A stretch of DNA of 29,508 nt from Planctomycetota bacterium (GTDB lineage Bacteria > Planctomycetota > SZUA-567 > H5-PLA8), in assembly GCA_045863855.1 (NCBI GenBank), contig BTVV01000077.1, positions 1 through 29,508 on the forward strand, read 5' to 3'. The translations under genes and the position numbers were made by a program. Under the pieces are notes generated by a model. The model was given only the letters and a program-made list of their open reading frames with translations. It was not told the origin of the DNA and made no database searches. This document shows positions 8,238-18,662 of this stretch, piece after piece. Position 1 is the first letter of the stretch. The number at the start of each line of letters is the position of its first letter.

Positions 8238-10463
8238 TCAAATCAGATTCATGCGCCGCCGCGCGATCCACTCGGCCGTCATCAGGCTCAAATAGATCGC
8301 GAAGAAAATCGGCGTATCCCAGACCAGGCTGAACTCTTCGCGGCGAACTTCGGCCTTCACGCCTTCCGAAATGCGCGCGGCCAACTCCGCCGCTTGCGCC
8401 ACCGGCCGCACCGCGCCGCCGGTCTTCGCGGCCAGCGCTTCGAGATACGCCAAGTTCACGGCCAGCCGGGCGCCCTCGCCGCTCCCCGCCCCGACTTCCA
8501 GCAGAATCTCGCGCGTTTCCAGCGCGCCCTTTTCGTCCGAGGCCGCGACCTGCAGACGATACGCGCCGTCGTGCGGGAGATCGGCCTGCCCGGCGTACGC
8601 CCCCGGCGCGCCCAGCTGCGCGAAGGGCACGCTTTGCACCACCTCCCCGTCGAGCTTGCGCAGCGTCGCGCTGAGCTGCGCGCCGGCCAGCGGCTGCAGT
8701 GAACGGTCCAGAACCCGTGCCGTCACCATCGCGCGCGCGCCGGGCGGATAGCGACCGGCACGGTCCGCGCTCAGCTTCAGCAAACTCCCGCCGTCTTCGC
8801 GTCCCGTCAGATAGCGAGTCGCCTGCCGCCACAGCGCGTTGTAACTGTGCTGCCCATCGGCGCCCGTCTGGCTCCAACGCCACAGCCCGTTCGTCGCGAC
8901 GCCCAGCACCTTGCCCTGTCCGTAGTGCAGCGTCGCCAGCGCCGCGGGCCGCTCGCCGCTGGGCAATTTGAATGCCAGCAGCGCCTGCGCCCCCGGACGC
9001 AGCGCGCCGGGCCTGTTGAGACCCGACACTTGCGCCAGCGCTCCCGATCCCGGACGCGTCTTCAATTCTTTGAAGATCGGATGCGCGAGGCCGAGCGGAA
9101 GCAGCTCGACCGAAACCTCCGACGCTTCGAAAGCCGGCTCGCTGGCCACGAGCTGCCACGGGCACAACGGCGCGAGCTTCGAATCGACCCAGCCTCCGCG
9201 CGCGAACGCCTCCGCTCCGCCCAGCCAAACCAGCGCGCCGCCTTGCGCGACAAATTGCTTGAGCGTCTCGGCCGCCGCCGGGCTCATATCCGCCGCGCGC
9301 GATCCGCCCAGCACCACGCAGCGAAAGCGCTGCAGCGCCGCGAGGTCTTCCGGAAAGCCGTCCTGTATCCCGTCGCCTTCACGCTGGCCCTGCAGCAGAA
9401 AGCGCTTTTCGTCCACCCGCACCAGTCCCGTGAAGTCGATTCCGGGATCGGACTTCACGGCGTTGCGGAAAGCCTTGAATTCCTGTCCCAATTGCGGCGC
9501 GAAATAAAGCACCCGCAGCGACGGATCGGCGACTTCCACCGTGAACCGCCGCGTATTGTTCAGCGTCGCGGCTTCGCCGCGCAGCGACGGCAGCCGCAGC
9601 TCGAAGCGCCGGATCCCCGGCTCTCCGGCGGGAATGCGGAACGTAACCGTCCGCTGTGGCGTCCCCGACGAGAGCGCCACCGCTTGCGCCGCGATCTCCT
9701 TTTCGCCGTCGAGCACCTGCAAACTCGGCGCGCCCAGCCCATCGAAAAATGCGCTGCTCCCCGAGGCCGACACCATCACCTTGGCCTCGAATTCCGTCTT
9801 CGCGTCGGCGCGGTCGGGAACTTCGAACCGCTCGAGGCGCAGATCGTCCGTCGCGCTCAGGTCGCTCCCTACGGCGAGGACATATACGGGCACGTTGAGT
9901 CCGAAGGCCGCCGGCAAGGAAGGTTCGTCGCCGCCGTCGCTGACCAGCACCACCGCCCCCACCCGCCCCGATGCGCCGTGCGTTTCGGCGCTCTCGGCCA
10001 GCGCCCCGGCCACATCGCTCGCTTCGCCCGAAGCCGTCAGTTCGTCCCCGCGCGCCAACGCGCGCACGCGGTCGGAAAATGCCAGCGTCGTGACGGGCAG
10101 CCTCCGCTCCAGCGCCGGAATCAGCGTCTCGAACGCCGCGCGCCGCGCCTCGTCGATCCGCGCCGCCCCCAGCGAACCGTCGGCCGTCCGCATGCTGCGG
10201 CTGTCGTCGAGCAGCACGATCACGCGCGCTTGCGATAGATCTTTAATCTCGCGCTTCCACGCCGGGCGCAGCAGCGCGAACAGCAGCAACACCGCCGCGC
10301 CCGTCTTGAGCGCCAGCAGCAATCCGGCCTGCCGGCGCGGATAGAGATGGAACAGCCGCCGGTACAGCCACGCCAGCGCCGCCGCCGCGCCGCAACCGGC
10401 CAGCGCGACCCAGCCCCAGCCCAGCGCGGACTGCAATTCGAGCGCGAAGGCGAGCGCGTTCAT
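8238..10463 (-). CDS. Membrane protein with vWA domain, Ig-like domain and class I glutamine-amidotransferase-like domain, ~741 aa
   Basis: ATG 10463 with AAGGAGG RBS and ATGA overlap with the upstream gene. N-terminal TMs, MIDAS DDSRSM and VSDGG, LKQFVAQGGALVWLGG (GATase1-like), YGQGKV...LWRW, and C-terminal TM ending AEWIARRRMNLI. Confidence 0.85.
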   Translation of the reverse strand: MNALAFALELQSALGWGWVALAGCGAAAALAWLYRRLFHLYPRRQAGLLLALKTGAAVLLLFALLRPAWKREIKDLSQARVIVLLDDSRSMRTADGSLGAARIDEARRAAFETLIPALERRLPVTTLAFSDRVRALARGDELTASGEASDVAGALAESAETHGASGRVGAVVLVSDGGDEPSLPAAFGLNVPVYVLAVGSDLSATDDLRLERFEVPDRADAKTEFEAKVMVSASGSSAFFDGLGAPSLQVLDGEKEIAAQAVALSSGTPQRTVTFRIPAGEPGIRRFELRLPSLRGEAATLNNTRRFTVEVADPSLRVLYFAPQLGQEFKAFRNAVKSDPGIDFTGLVRVDEKRFLLQGQREGDGIQDGFPEDLAALQRFRCVVLGGSRAADMSPAAAETLKQFVAQGGALVWLGGAEAFARGGWVDSKLAPLCPWQLVASEPAFEASEVSVELLPLGLAHPIFKELKTRPGSGALAQVSGLNRPGALRPGAQALLAFKLPSGERPAALATLHYGQGKVLGVATNGLWRWSQTGADGQHSYNALWRQATRYLTGREDGGSLLKLSADRAGRYPPGARAMVTARVLDRSLQPLAGAQLSATLRKLDGEVVQSVPFAQLGAPGAYAGQADLPHDGAYRLQVAASDEKGALETREILLEVGAGSGEGARLAVNLAYLEALAAKTGGAVRPVAQAAELAARISEGVKAEVRREEFSLVWDTPIFFAIYLSLMTAEWIARRRMNLI

Positions 10464-12694
10464 TTCGCGGCCTCCTTGCGCGCAGACCGCGGCGCGGCCG
10501 GCCCCAGGTTCAGGCTCGACGGAGGCGAAGCGTTCGGCGGACCGCGCAAGGCCTCCGCTTCGCCCAGCGGCTTGCGCCGCCCGCCGGTCTGATTGGCCAG
10601 AAACGCCTCCGCCAGCAGCGCCAGCAGCGCGGCCAGAATCAACGCGCCGAACAGTTCGCGCCCGCTGCGCGTCTGCGCAAGCACCGCCGCGAGGTCCGCG
10701 TCCGCCCCGAGCACCTGCGCCCGCGCGAAACCCAGTGCCGCCAGCGCGTCGTCCGGCGCGAGGTAATCGGCGCCGCTCTCGGCGGGATCGGGCGTCACGG
10801 CAAAGCCCTGCGGAAAGGCGCCGTCCGCGCCTTCGGGCGGCTCGAGGCGGTAGACGCCGGCCTGCGCCGTCGCGCGCCAGACCAGCCGCGACTCGGCCAG
10901 CGCAACCGCGTGCCGCCGCTGCTTCGGATCGTGCAAGGCCAGCGCCGGCGGCAACGCCGCGCGCTTGGTGAACGGCGCGAGGTCCAGCGTCACCGGCAGG
11001 CCGGCCTTCGCCCGCAGCACCGGCGCTTCGGCGCCCGACAGCAACACGAGGCTGCGATGCAACAGCGCCAGGAATCCGGGCTGCAGCGGCAAGTTGGTGT
11101 CCTCGGCATGCGCGCTCAGCGCCCACATCTGCACGCGCCCCGCGCCCGCCGCGCGTTCGAGCAGCGCCGGGGCGCCGTTGGAGAATTCCGCCAGCACCGT
11201 CGCGCCCGGCGCGGGTTTCGCTTCGATCGCACGCAGCACCGCCACGCGGTCGAAAGGCACCCGCCCGTCGGCCGCGCGCACGTCGTCGAAGCACGCCGCC
11301 GCCGGACGCGTCACACGCAGCGTGTACGGTTCGCCCTGCGGCGGAACCTGCATCGGCGCCGCGGCCTGCGCCGGCAGCAGCCCATGCAACGGATGCTGCG
11401 CGCCAAGCTGAACGTCGCGCGCCCCGCCAAAATACAGCAGACCTCCGCCTTTGCGGACGTACGCATCCAGCGCGGCCAGCGCCTCCAGCGGCAGCGCCGT
11501 CGCCCCGCAGACCACCACCGCGTCGTACGCCTCCAGCCCCGCGCGCGGCGCCTGCTCCTGAGCCAGATACTCGACGCGCAGACCGCTCAACCGTCCGTCG
11601 CCGGTGGGGTCAAGCGCTTTACGTACGTAGAACGCTTCGTCGCGCTGCTCCTCGGTCTCGCCGCCGCGCGAAAGCACCAGCACCCGCAGCGGACCGCGCA
11701 CCTGCAGACAGAACGGCCACGCGTTGTCGAATGGCGCGTCGTCGGCATCGAGGGTCACCGTGCCCGAAGCGAAGCCCTCCGCGCCCAGCGTGAAGCGCAG
11801 CGGGACATCCAGCGTCTGGCCCGGCGGAACGGCGGCCGGAACGCTCACCGCCGGAGCGTCGCCCAGTTGCGCCGTGACCTGCGTGGTCAATTCTTCCTCG
11901 CCTGGATTGTGGACCTTGGCCACGAGCGTCAGCGCGCGCCCGGTCACCTTGGGGCGCGGATCGATGACCAGGTCGGCCAGCGCCAGATTGCGCCGCGGCG
12001 CGCCCGAAGGCGCGGGCGCCAGGAAAAGCGCCGTCGAATCCGGCAGCAGCGCCGCGGCCTTGCGCAGCGCTTCGGGATCGTCGAGCCCCGCGCGCTGCAA
12101 GTCGGTAAACAGGTACACTTCGCGGTTGGGCGCGCTCGACGTTTGCGCCAGCAGTTTGCCCGCGCGCGCCAGCGCTCCGGCCAGCCGTCCCGCGCCGGCC
12201 GCCGGTTCGATCGCATGCAGCGTCGCGCGCAGTTTGGCCAGATCCGCCGTGAAGGCCGGCGCTTCCGCGCCTTCTTCGCCGCCGACGAGCGTCAATACCG
12301 CCGCGCGGCTCTCGGGGCTCAACGTCTCCAGCACCGCCGCCGCGCGCGTCCGCGCCGCTTCGAGGCGCGTCCCCGCGGGCGTGGGCAGGCTCATCGACGC
12401 GCTGTTGTCCAGAATCAGCACGCAGTCCGCCGCCGCGCCCAGGCTTTGCGCGCCCTGCTGCGTGAAGCCCGGCCGCGCCAGCGCCAGCGCGACGCACGCG
12501 ATCGCCAGCACGCGCAACAAGAGGAGCAGCAATTCCTTGAGCTTGCGCCGGCTCGCGAGCTTCATGTCCACGCGCCGCAGGAACATCAGCGTCGGAAATT
12601 CCACCGCCGTCCGCTTGCGCCTGAAGATCAGGTGCACCAGCACCGGCGTCGCGGCCGCGGCGAGCGCCCAGAGGAATGCGGGGTTCGCGAACAC
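10460..12694 (-). CDS. BatA (aerotolerance N-terminal) domain + vWA + GATase-like membrane protein, 744 aa
   Basis: N-terminus FANPAFLWALAAAATPVLVHLIFRRKRTAVEFPTLMFL is the BatA/double-TM signature. MIDAS DNSASM and FTD, LDAYVRKGGGLLYFGG, and a C-terminal TM. Confidence 0.88.
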   Translation of the reverse strand: MFANPAFLWALAAAATPVLVHLIFRRKRTAVEFPTLMFLRRVDMKLASRRKLKELLLLLLRVLAIACVALALARPGFTQQGAQSLGAAADCVLILDNSASMSLPTPAGTRLEAARTRAAAVLETLSPESRAAVLTLVGGEEGAEAPAFTADLAKLRATLHAIEPAAGAGRLAGALARAGKLLAQTSSAPNREVYLFTDLQRAGLDDPEALRKAAALLPDSTALFLAPAPSGAPRRNLALADLVIDPRPKVTGRALTLVAKVHNPGEEELTTQVTAQLGDAPAVSVPAAVPPGQTLDVPLRFTLGAEGFASGTVTLDADDAPFDNAWPFCLQVRGPLRVLVLSRGGETEEQRDEAFYVRKALDPTGDGRLSGLRVEYLAQEQAPRAGLEAYDAVVVCGATALPLEALAALDAYVRKGGGLLYFGGARDVQLGAQHPLHGLLPAQAAAPMQVPPQGEPYTLRVTRPAAACFDDVRAADGRVPFDRVAVLRAIEAKPAPGATVLAEFSNGAPALLERAAGAGRVQMWALSAHAEDTNLPLQPGFLALLHRSLVLLSGAEAPVLRAKAGLPVTLDLAPFTKRAALPPALALHDPKQRRHAVALAESRLVWRATAQAGVYRLEPPEGADGAFPQGFAVTPDPAESGADYLAPDDALAALGFARAQVLGADADLAAVLAQTRSGRELFGALILAALLALLAEAFLANQTGGRRKPLGEAEALRGPPNASPPSSLNLGPAAPRSARKEAAK

Positions 12695-12695
12695 G

Positions 12696-13595
12696 TTAGC
12701 GGCTCATCCGCCGCACCAGGTACGCCGCGAGCGCGCGGTCGAACGGACCGGCCGTGTTGAGCACGTGGTAATCGATCCGCGCGTCGCCGCAGATGCGCCG
12801 CCAGTGCGCGATGAACTCGCGCACGCTCTCCTGCACCGCGTCCCGCACCAGCTCCGCCTCCACTTCCATCCGCTCGCCCGTCTCGAGGTCGCGAAAATCG
12901 ATCAGCCCGCGGTACGGGAAATTCAGCTCCGCGTCGTCGAGCAGATGCAGCAGGATCACCTCATGCCGGCGGTGCCGCAGATGCCGCAGCCCGGCCGCGA
13001 TGCGCTGCGGATCGTCGAACAGATCGGTCAGCAAGATCACGAGGCTGCGCCGCGGCAGGCGCTCGGCCAGTTCGTGGTAAATCGACGCCAGGTCGCTCTG
13101 CCCGCCCGGCTTCAGCGCATCGAGATGCAGCAGATTCTCGCGCATCGCGATCGCGCTCGTGCGCGGCGGAAAGAACGTATCGATCTTCGATGCGTGCGTG
13201 ACCAGCCCGATCGCGTCCTGCTGACGGTGCAGCATCGCCACCAGCGCCGCCGCGCAATAACAGCCGAACTGAAACTTGGTGATCGGACTCCCGGATTTGA
13301 AGTCGAGCGACTTGCTCGCGTCGAGCACCACCGTCGCGCGCAGATTCGTTTCCTGCTCGTACTGCCGGATCACCAGCCGGTCGTTGCGCCCATAGATCGT
13401 CCAGTCGATGTGCCGGATCGGATCGCCCGGAACGTATTCGCGGTATTCCGCGAACTCCACCGAAAAGCCGTGATGCGGCGATTTGTGCAGCCCGGCGATG
13501 AACCCTTCGACGATCCCCTGCGCCAACAGTTCGAGATTGGCGAATTTGCTCACCGTTTCGGGCGTTAAATACGTGTACTTCGTCGCTTCTGGCAT
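12696..13595 (-). CDS. DUF58 domain protein (MoxR-associated, vWA-like), 299 aa
   Basis: GLHKSPHHGFSVEFAEYREYVPGDPIRHIDW...IRQYEQETN...VLDASKSL is the DUF58 signature; lies directly downstream of moxR. Confidence 0.93.
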   Translation of the reverse strand: MPEATKYTYLTPETVSKFANLELLAQGIVEGFIAGLHKSPHHGFSVEFAEYREYVPGDPIRHIDWTIYGRNDRLVIRQYEQETNLRATVVLDASKSLDFKSGSPITKFQFGCYCAAALVAMLHRQQDAIGLVTHASKIDTFFPPRTSAIAMRENLLHLDALKPGGQSDLASIYHELAERLPRRSLVILLTDLFDDPQRIAAGLRHLRHRRHEVILLHLLDDAELNFPYRGLIDFRDLETGERMEVEAELVRDAVQESVREFIAHWRRICGDARIDYHVLNTAGPFDRALAAYLVRRMSR

Positions 13596-13621
13596 CGGTC
13601 ACCCGGTCTTCGGCGCGCGCG

Positions 13622-14689
<1,068 letters not shown>

Positions 14690-14715
14690 CGCGGGCTCCT
14701 TGGTGCTGTGCGAAC

Positions 14716-16242
14716 TCAATGCGTCATGGCGTAGACGACGATATTGACGCCCAGCCGCAGCGCGTCCGCGCACAGATATCCCTTCGCCTGCGGATGCTCG
14801 TCGCCCTGCCAGCCCCCGCCCAGATCGTAGGGGCTGTAGATCACGCGCAGGTCGCCGTCGAGCTGGATCGCTTCCAGCACCGGCGCCTCCAGCTTCGGCT
14901 CCAGGCGCTGCACCGCCGGCGTGTACGAAACTTTTTGAATCGCATAGCGCGTGGCGAACAACTCGTGCGCCGGATCGATGCGCTGCAAGGCCGCCGACGG
15001 AAACACTTTCTTCAACTCGCGCCTCACGGCCTTATCGAAAAGCTGCAAGCCCTGTGCGTTGTCGATCAATAGCGTCCCGCCGCGCTGAAGGAAACCCTGC
15101 AACGCCCGGACCTCCGCCTCGTCCAACGTGAAATCGTAGCACCCGCTCAGATACAGGAACTGCGTGTCGTCCAGGCCGTCGGCGCCCAGCTTGACCGCCT
15201 GCCGCCGGAAGACCACCTTGGTCTGCGTCTCCGTCGCGAGCGTCCGCAGCAGATTCCCGGGGCCGCCCGGATCGGTGTTCCACACGCCCCCGTGGCGCAC
15301 CTGCGCGAAGACGAACTCGTCCGTCTGCGTGCGCCCTTCGGCCAAACCGAACAGCTCCGGGCGCGCGTGCGCGATGCCCACGCGCTGGTAGCCCACCGCG
15401 TACGCCACCAGATTCAAGCCCAGCAAATTCGCGTCGCGGACGCTGTAAAACATCGCGTGCGGGATGCGGCTGTCGGGCGTGAAGTCGTCCCAGCCGCAGC
15501 CCAGCCCGAACTTGCTCACCACCACGCCCACGCGGCAGCCCACGTAAAGCCCTTCCAACTGCGGAAGCTCCGTCCCCGCCGCCGCGGGAAGCTGAACCTT
15601 CTCCACGTCGGTGATCATGTGGTACACCGGATGGTCGAGCGGCACCGGGCGCAGCGTCTCTTCGGGAAACGCTTTCTTGAGCGTCTGCACCGCCCCTTCG
15701 TAAAAGAACGGGCTTCCCGCCACCGAATCGAACCAGATCATGCCGCCGGCGAGCACGTACTTGCGCAGCAGTTGAATCTGCTCGTCCGGCAGGCGTAGCG
15801 TCCGCCCGCCGCTCAGGAACAGCACCGGCATCTCCGCCGGATCGCCGCTGAAAGTGTTGAGATTCACCGTGTCGTGCTTGTAGCGCAGCTTTAGGTGCTG
15901 GCCTGCTTTGCGTAAGAGCTGCTGCAAGTCAGCCGGCGCGAGGTTCCAGTCCGCGATGCGGTGCTTGCTCCCGTCCTCTTCGACGAAATCGGCTTCTGCG
16001 CCCCACACCACTTTCCCGATCAGCGTCGGCGGCGCGGGCTCGCGCTTCCGCTCGCTCCGCCGCAGCGGCGTCGCCGGAAGCGGCAGCGGCGGCACGGCCT
16101 CACCGCCCTTGATCCGCTTCTGGTTCGCCTCGGGCGGCTTGCCCAACGGCTTGAAGTAATCGTTCTCGTCCAGCGCGCACGCGGCCCCCGCGTGCAGCAG
16201 CACGGCGATCAGCGCGGCGGTGCGAAGCATCGGCATGGCCAT
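14716..16242 (-). CDS. Exported protein with two tandem DUF4159 domains, 508 aa
   Basis: Signal peptide LRTAALIAVLLHAGAACA. Two homologous units: PVLFLSG...LRKYVLAGGMIWFD...PLDHPVY...GLGCGW...LGLNLVAYA and QFLYLSG...LQGFLQRGGTLLID...DPAHELF...DLGGGW...LGVNIVVYAMTH. Confidence 0.88.
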   Translation of the reverse strand: MAMPMLRTAALIAVLLHAGAACALDENDYFKPLGKPPEANQKRIKGGEAVPPLPLPATPLRRSERKREPAPPTLIGKVVWGAEADFVEEDGSKHRIADWNLAPADLQQLLRKAGQHLKLRYKHDTVNLNTFSGDPAEMPVLFLSGGRTLRLPDEQIQLLRKYVLAGGMIWFDSVAGSPFFYEGAVQTLKKAFPEETLRPVPLDHPVYHMITDVEKVQLPAAAGTELPQLEGLYVGCRVGVVVSKFGLGCGWDDFTPDSRIPHAMFYSVRDANLLGLNLVAYAVGYQRVGIAHARPELFGLAEGRTQTDEFVFAQVRHGGVWNTDPGGPGNLLRTLATETQTKVVFRRQAVKLGADGLDDTQFLYLSGCYDFTLDEAEVRALQGFLQRGGTLLIDNAQGLQLFDKAVRRELKKVFPSAALQRIDPAHELFATRYAIQKVSYTPAVQRLEPKLEAPVLEAIQLDGDLRVIYSPYDLGGGWQGDEHPQAKGYLCADALRLGVNIVVYAMTH

Positions 16243-16265
16243 ACCCTCACGGACAGCCTAATCGA

Positions 16266-18344
16266 TCACGGTTCCAGTTGCCGCCTCGCCAGCGCGGTTT
16301 CGGCGGCGTACGGGAACGATTTCTTCAGCGTCGCGTAGCAGGCCTGCGCGCGCTCCTTCTGAGCCAATCCCAGGTACGCGTGGATCAGCTTGTACAGCAT
16401 CTCCGGCTGCTGCCCGCTCGCCGGATTCATCGCGCGCAACCGCTCCAGCAGCACCGCCGCGCGCGGATAGTCCTTCATCCCCAGCAGGCACTCGGCCCGC
16501 AGCAAGCCCGTCTCGTCGGCCGCGCGCTCCAGCGGCGTCTCCCACTCGATCTCGTCGAGGATCTGCAGCGCGGCCTCGAAATCGCCGGCCCGAAGGTAAC
16601 TCCCCGCGCTCACCAGCCGCCCGCGCCGCCGCGCCGCGTACGCGCGGTCGGTCAGCGGCGCCGCGCGCAGCGCTTCGTACGCCGCATGCGCATCCTCGCG
16701 CCGGCCCAGCCCCGCCAGCGCGTCGGCCCCGTAAATCCGCTTCAGCACCGGTTCGTGCGCCTGCGTGAGATCCTGATCGCCGATCTGCGCCAGCAACGGC
16801 AGCGCCTCCGCCGGACGGCCGGCCACGTGAATCAAAAGCCCCGCCAGATGCAGCTTCACGCGCGCGAGGAACGCCGCGTCGCCCGGTCCGGCCGCCGCCG
16901 CCCGCAGCGCCCGCTCGGCGCCGCCGTAATCCCGCGCCGGACCCTGCAGCGCCCGGCCCAGCCCGTAAAAAATATTCGCGCGATCCGCTTCGGGAAGCTG
17001 CGCCTCCAGCTTCCACGCGATCGCGCCCACCGCCTTCAGCAACTCCGGGTCCTCCAGCTCCACCGCGTACACCAGCAGCGGGCGGACATCCAGCGGCTTC
17101 ACCGTCCCGTCTGCCAGCCGCTTGAGCGCCTGCGGCCGGTACTCGCCCCAAAGCTTGTCGTGCCATTCTTCGCGCTGCTGCCAGACCGGTTCGACCACCA
17201 CGCTTTGCGTGATCGGCGTCCACGTGCTGTCCTCGGCTTTGATTTCCACCTTGTACGTGCCGGGCGAAAGAAACAGATGCCGCCCCAGCGCCGCCTCGCC
17301 CTCCTTCTTGAGCACCGCGTGCGCGCCGTCCCCGAAAAGCCACGCGATCTGCCCCTTGAACGGAGCGCGGCATTCGAAGTTCATCCGCACCAGGAACTGC
17401 CCGTTCACCACGAGCTGATCGGCCGGCCACCATTGGAAGTCCAGCGTCGGGCGCCCGTCGGAACGCTCCATTGCCAGAGCTTGCCCGCGCGCCAGCGGCA
17501 CGAACGCTTCGGGCGGCATCAGCGCGAAATACTTCTCGCCCGGCTTGCGCCACGCCGCGATCGTCGCCGTGCCGCCGCCGCCCTGCGCGTGCCAGTATTC
17601 CAGCTTATGCGCGCCCTTCGTCAGCCGCACCACCCCGTGGCCTTCGCCGATGCGCCGCTCGGCACCGTGCCAGCCGGGGTACTCCGAAAGCTTGCGCCCG
17701 TCGACGAACAGAAACGATGCGTCGTCGCTGTTCGTGGCGAAGCCGTATTCGCCGTCGGCCGGCGCATTGAAAAAGGCTCGGTACTTGCTCAAGAATTGTT
17801 CGCTTGGGCCCAGCGGGTTGAAGCCGTCGAAAACCGCCGCGCGCAGGATGCGACCCTGGACCGTCGTCGAACTCTTCCAGAGCTGCTGGTACTGCTCCCA
17901 CGTATCAGCGTTGCCTTCGCCTTTCGAGCGCACCTCCAGCACCACGCCCGCCTCGGCCGTCCAGGCTTTCGGCGGCGGCGCACGCGCGCCGGAATTGCCA
18001 AAATAGATGAAGAATACTCGCCCGGGGCGTACGTCCTGCACGGGGAACAGAATCTCCGCCGCGTCTCCGGGCCCGAAGCGGAGGAGTTCGAAGTCTAGGA
18101 GGTTGCCTTCGCCATCGGTCAAACGTAGATCACGGGCGTTTTCGGCGAATAGCCCCAAATGGGCAAAGCGCACGAACGCGGCCGCCGCGCCCGAAGGCGT
18201 GTCGCTTAGCACCACCGGACGGCGATACGCCCAACCCGGAAGCGACCAAGCTTCACCCGCTCCGGACACGCCAGTAAGCAGCAAGGTGAAGGCCACGCCA
18301 GATAGCCATTGAGGTCTGTGCATTAGGTTCCCGAAGTGTGCCAC
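16266..18344 (-). CDS. Exported multidomain protein: DUF2341-like, PA14-like, PKD-like, C-terminal TPRs; 692 aa (alternative ATG at 18323)
   Basis: Signal peptide; WAYRRPV...DLRLTD...IYFGN (DUF2341-like); APADGEYGFATNSDDASFLFVDG...GAHKLEYWHAQGGG (PA14-like); WLFGDG...PGTYKV (PKD-like); TPR helices ending YATLKKSFPYAAETALARRQL. Confidence 0.8.
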   Translation of the reverse strand: MAHFGNLMHRPQWLSGVAFTLLLTGVSGAGEAWSLPGWAYRRPVVLSDTPSGAAAAFVRFAHLGLFAENARDLRLTDGEGNLLDFELLRFGPGDAAEILFPVQDVRPGRVFFIYFGNSGARAPPPKAWTAEAGVVLEVRSKGEGNADTWEQYQQLWKSSTTVQGRILRAAVFDGFNPLGPSEQFLSKYRAFFNAPADGEYGFATNSDDASFLFVDGRKLSEYPGWHGAERRIGEGHGVVRLTKGAHKLEYWHAQGGGGTATIAAWRKPGEKYFALMPPEAFVPLARGQALAMERSDGRPTLDFQWWPADQLVVNGQFLVRMNFECRAPFKGQIAWLFGDGAHAVLKKEGEAALGRHLFLSPGTYKVEIKAEDSTWTPITQSVVVEPVWQQREEWHDKLWGEYRPQALKRLADGTVKPLDVRPLLVYAVELEDPELLKAVGAIAWKLEAQLPEADRANIFYGLGRALQGPARDYGGAERALRAAAAGPGDAAFLARVKLHLAGLLIHVAGRPAEALPLLAQIGDQDLTQAHEPVLKRIYGADALAGLGRREDAHAAYEALRAAPLTDRAYAARRRGRLVSAGSYLRAGDFEAALQILDEIEWETPLERAADETGLLRAECLLGMKDYPRAAVLLERLRAMNPASGQQPEMLYKLIHAYLGLAQKERAQACYATLKKSFPYAAETALARRQLEP

Positions 18345-18662
18345 CCGCCTGATTGCTTCACGATTGTGAATAAATCGCCAAACTCTATGTTGTAGTGACG
18401 ATTAGACCCCTAAGGATGATGCTACAATGTTCCGAGGGCTACACGTTGCGACTATTGGGTCGCGAGTTAACACAAGCGCAGCCATCATGTTAACCTAACT
18501 TAGAATAGCCGTATAAAAGGATCACAACATCGTTATATAAGCAGAGTATCAAAATGTGTGGAGAATTAATACATTACTCCAATTAAGCGGCCTTTGATCG
18601 GCTTGTCCATGAATGGAATGCTCATGTAATCTCGGCCTTGTTTCTACTCGGCCCCGCAGACT
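18345..18662. promoter_or_regulatory. AT-rich intergenic region, probable promoter/regulatory region of the MoxR operon
   Basis: No credible ORF. A spot count gives 20/60 GC at 18481-18540. Lies directly upstream of the first gene of the minus-strand operon and contains an imperfect inverted repeat at 18351-18376. No exact promoter assigned. Confidence 0.5.

Noticed and set aside
8221..11294. N-terminal extensions of ORFs 7081-9228 and 8238-11294 suggesting long overlapping genes
   Set aside because: The extensions are low-complexity Arg/Gly/Ala text overlapping real genes. Good RBS plus start codons exist at 8220 and 10463.
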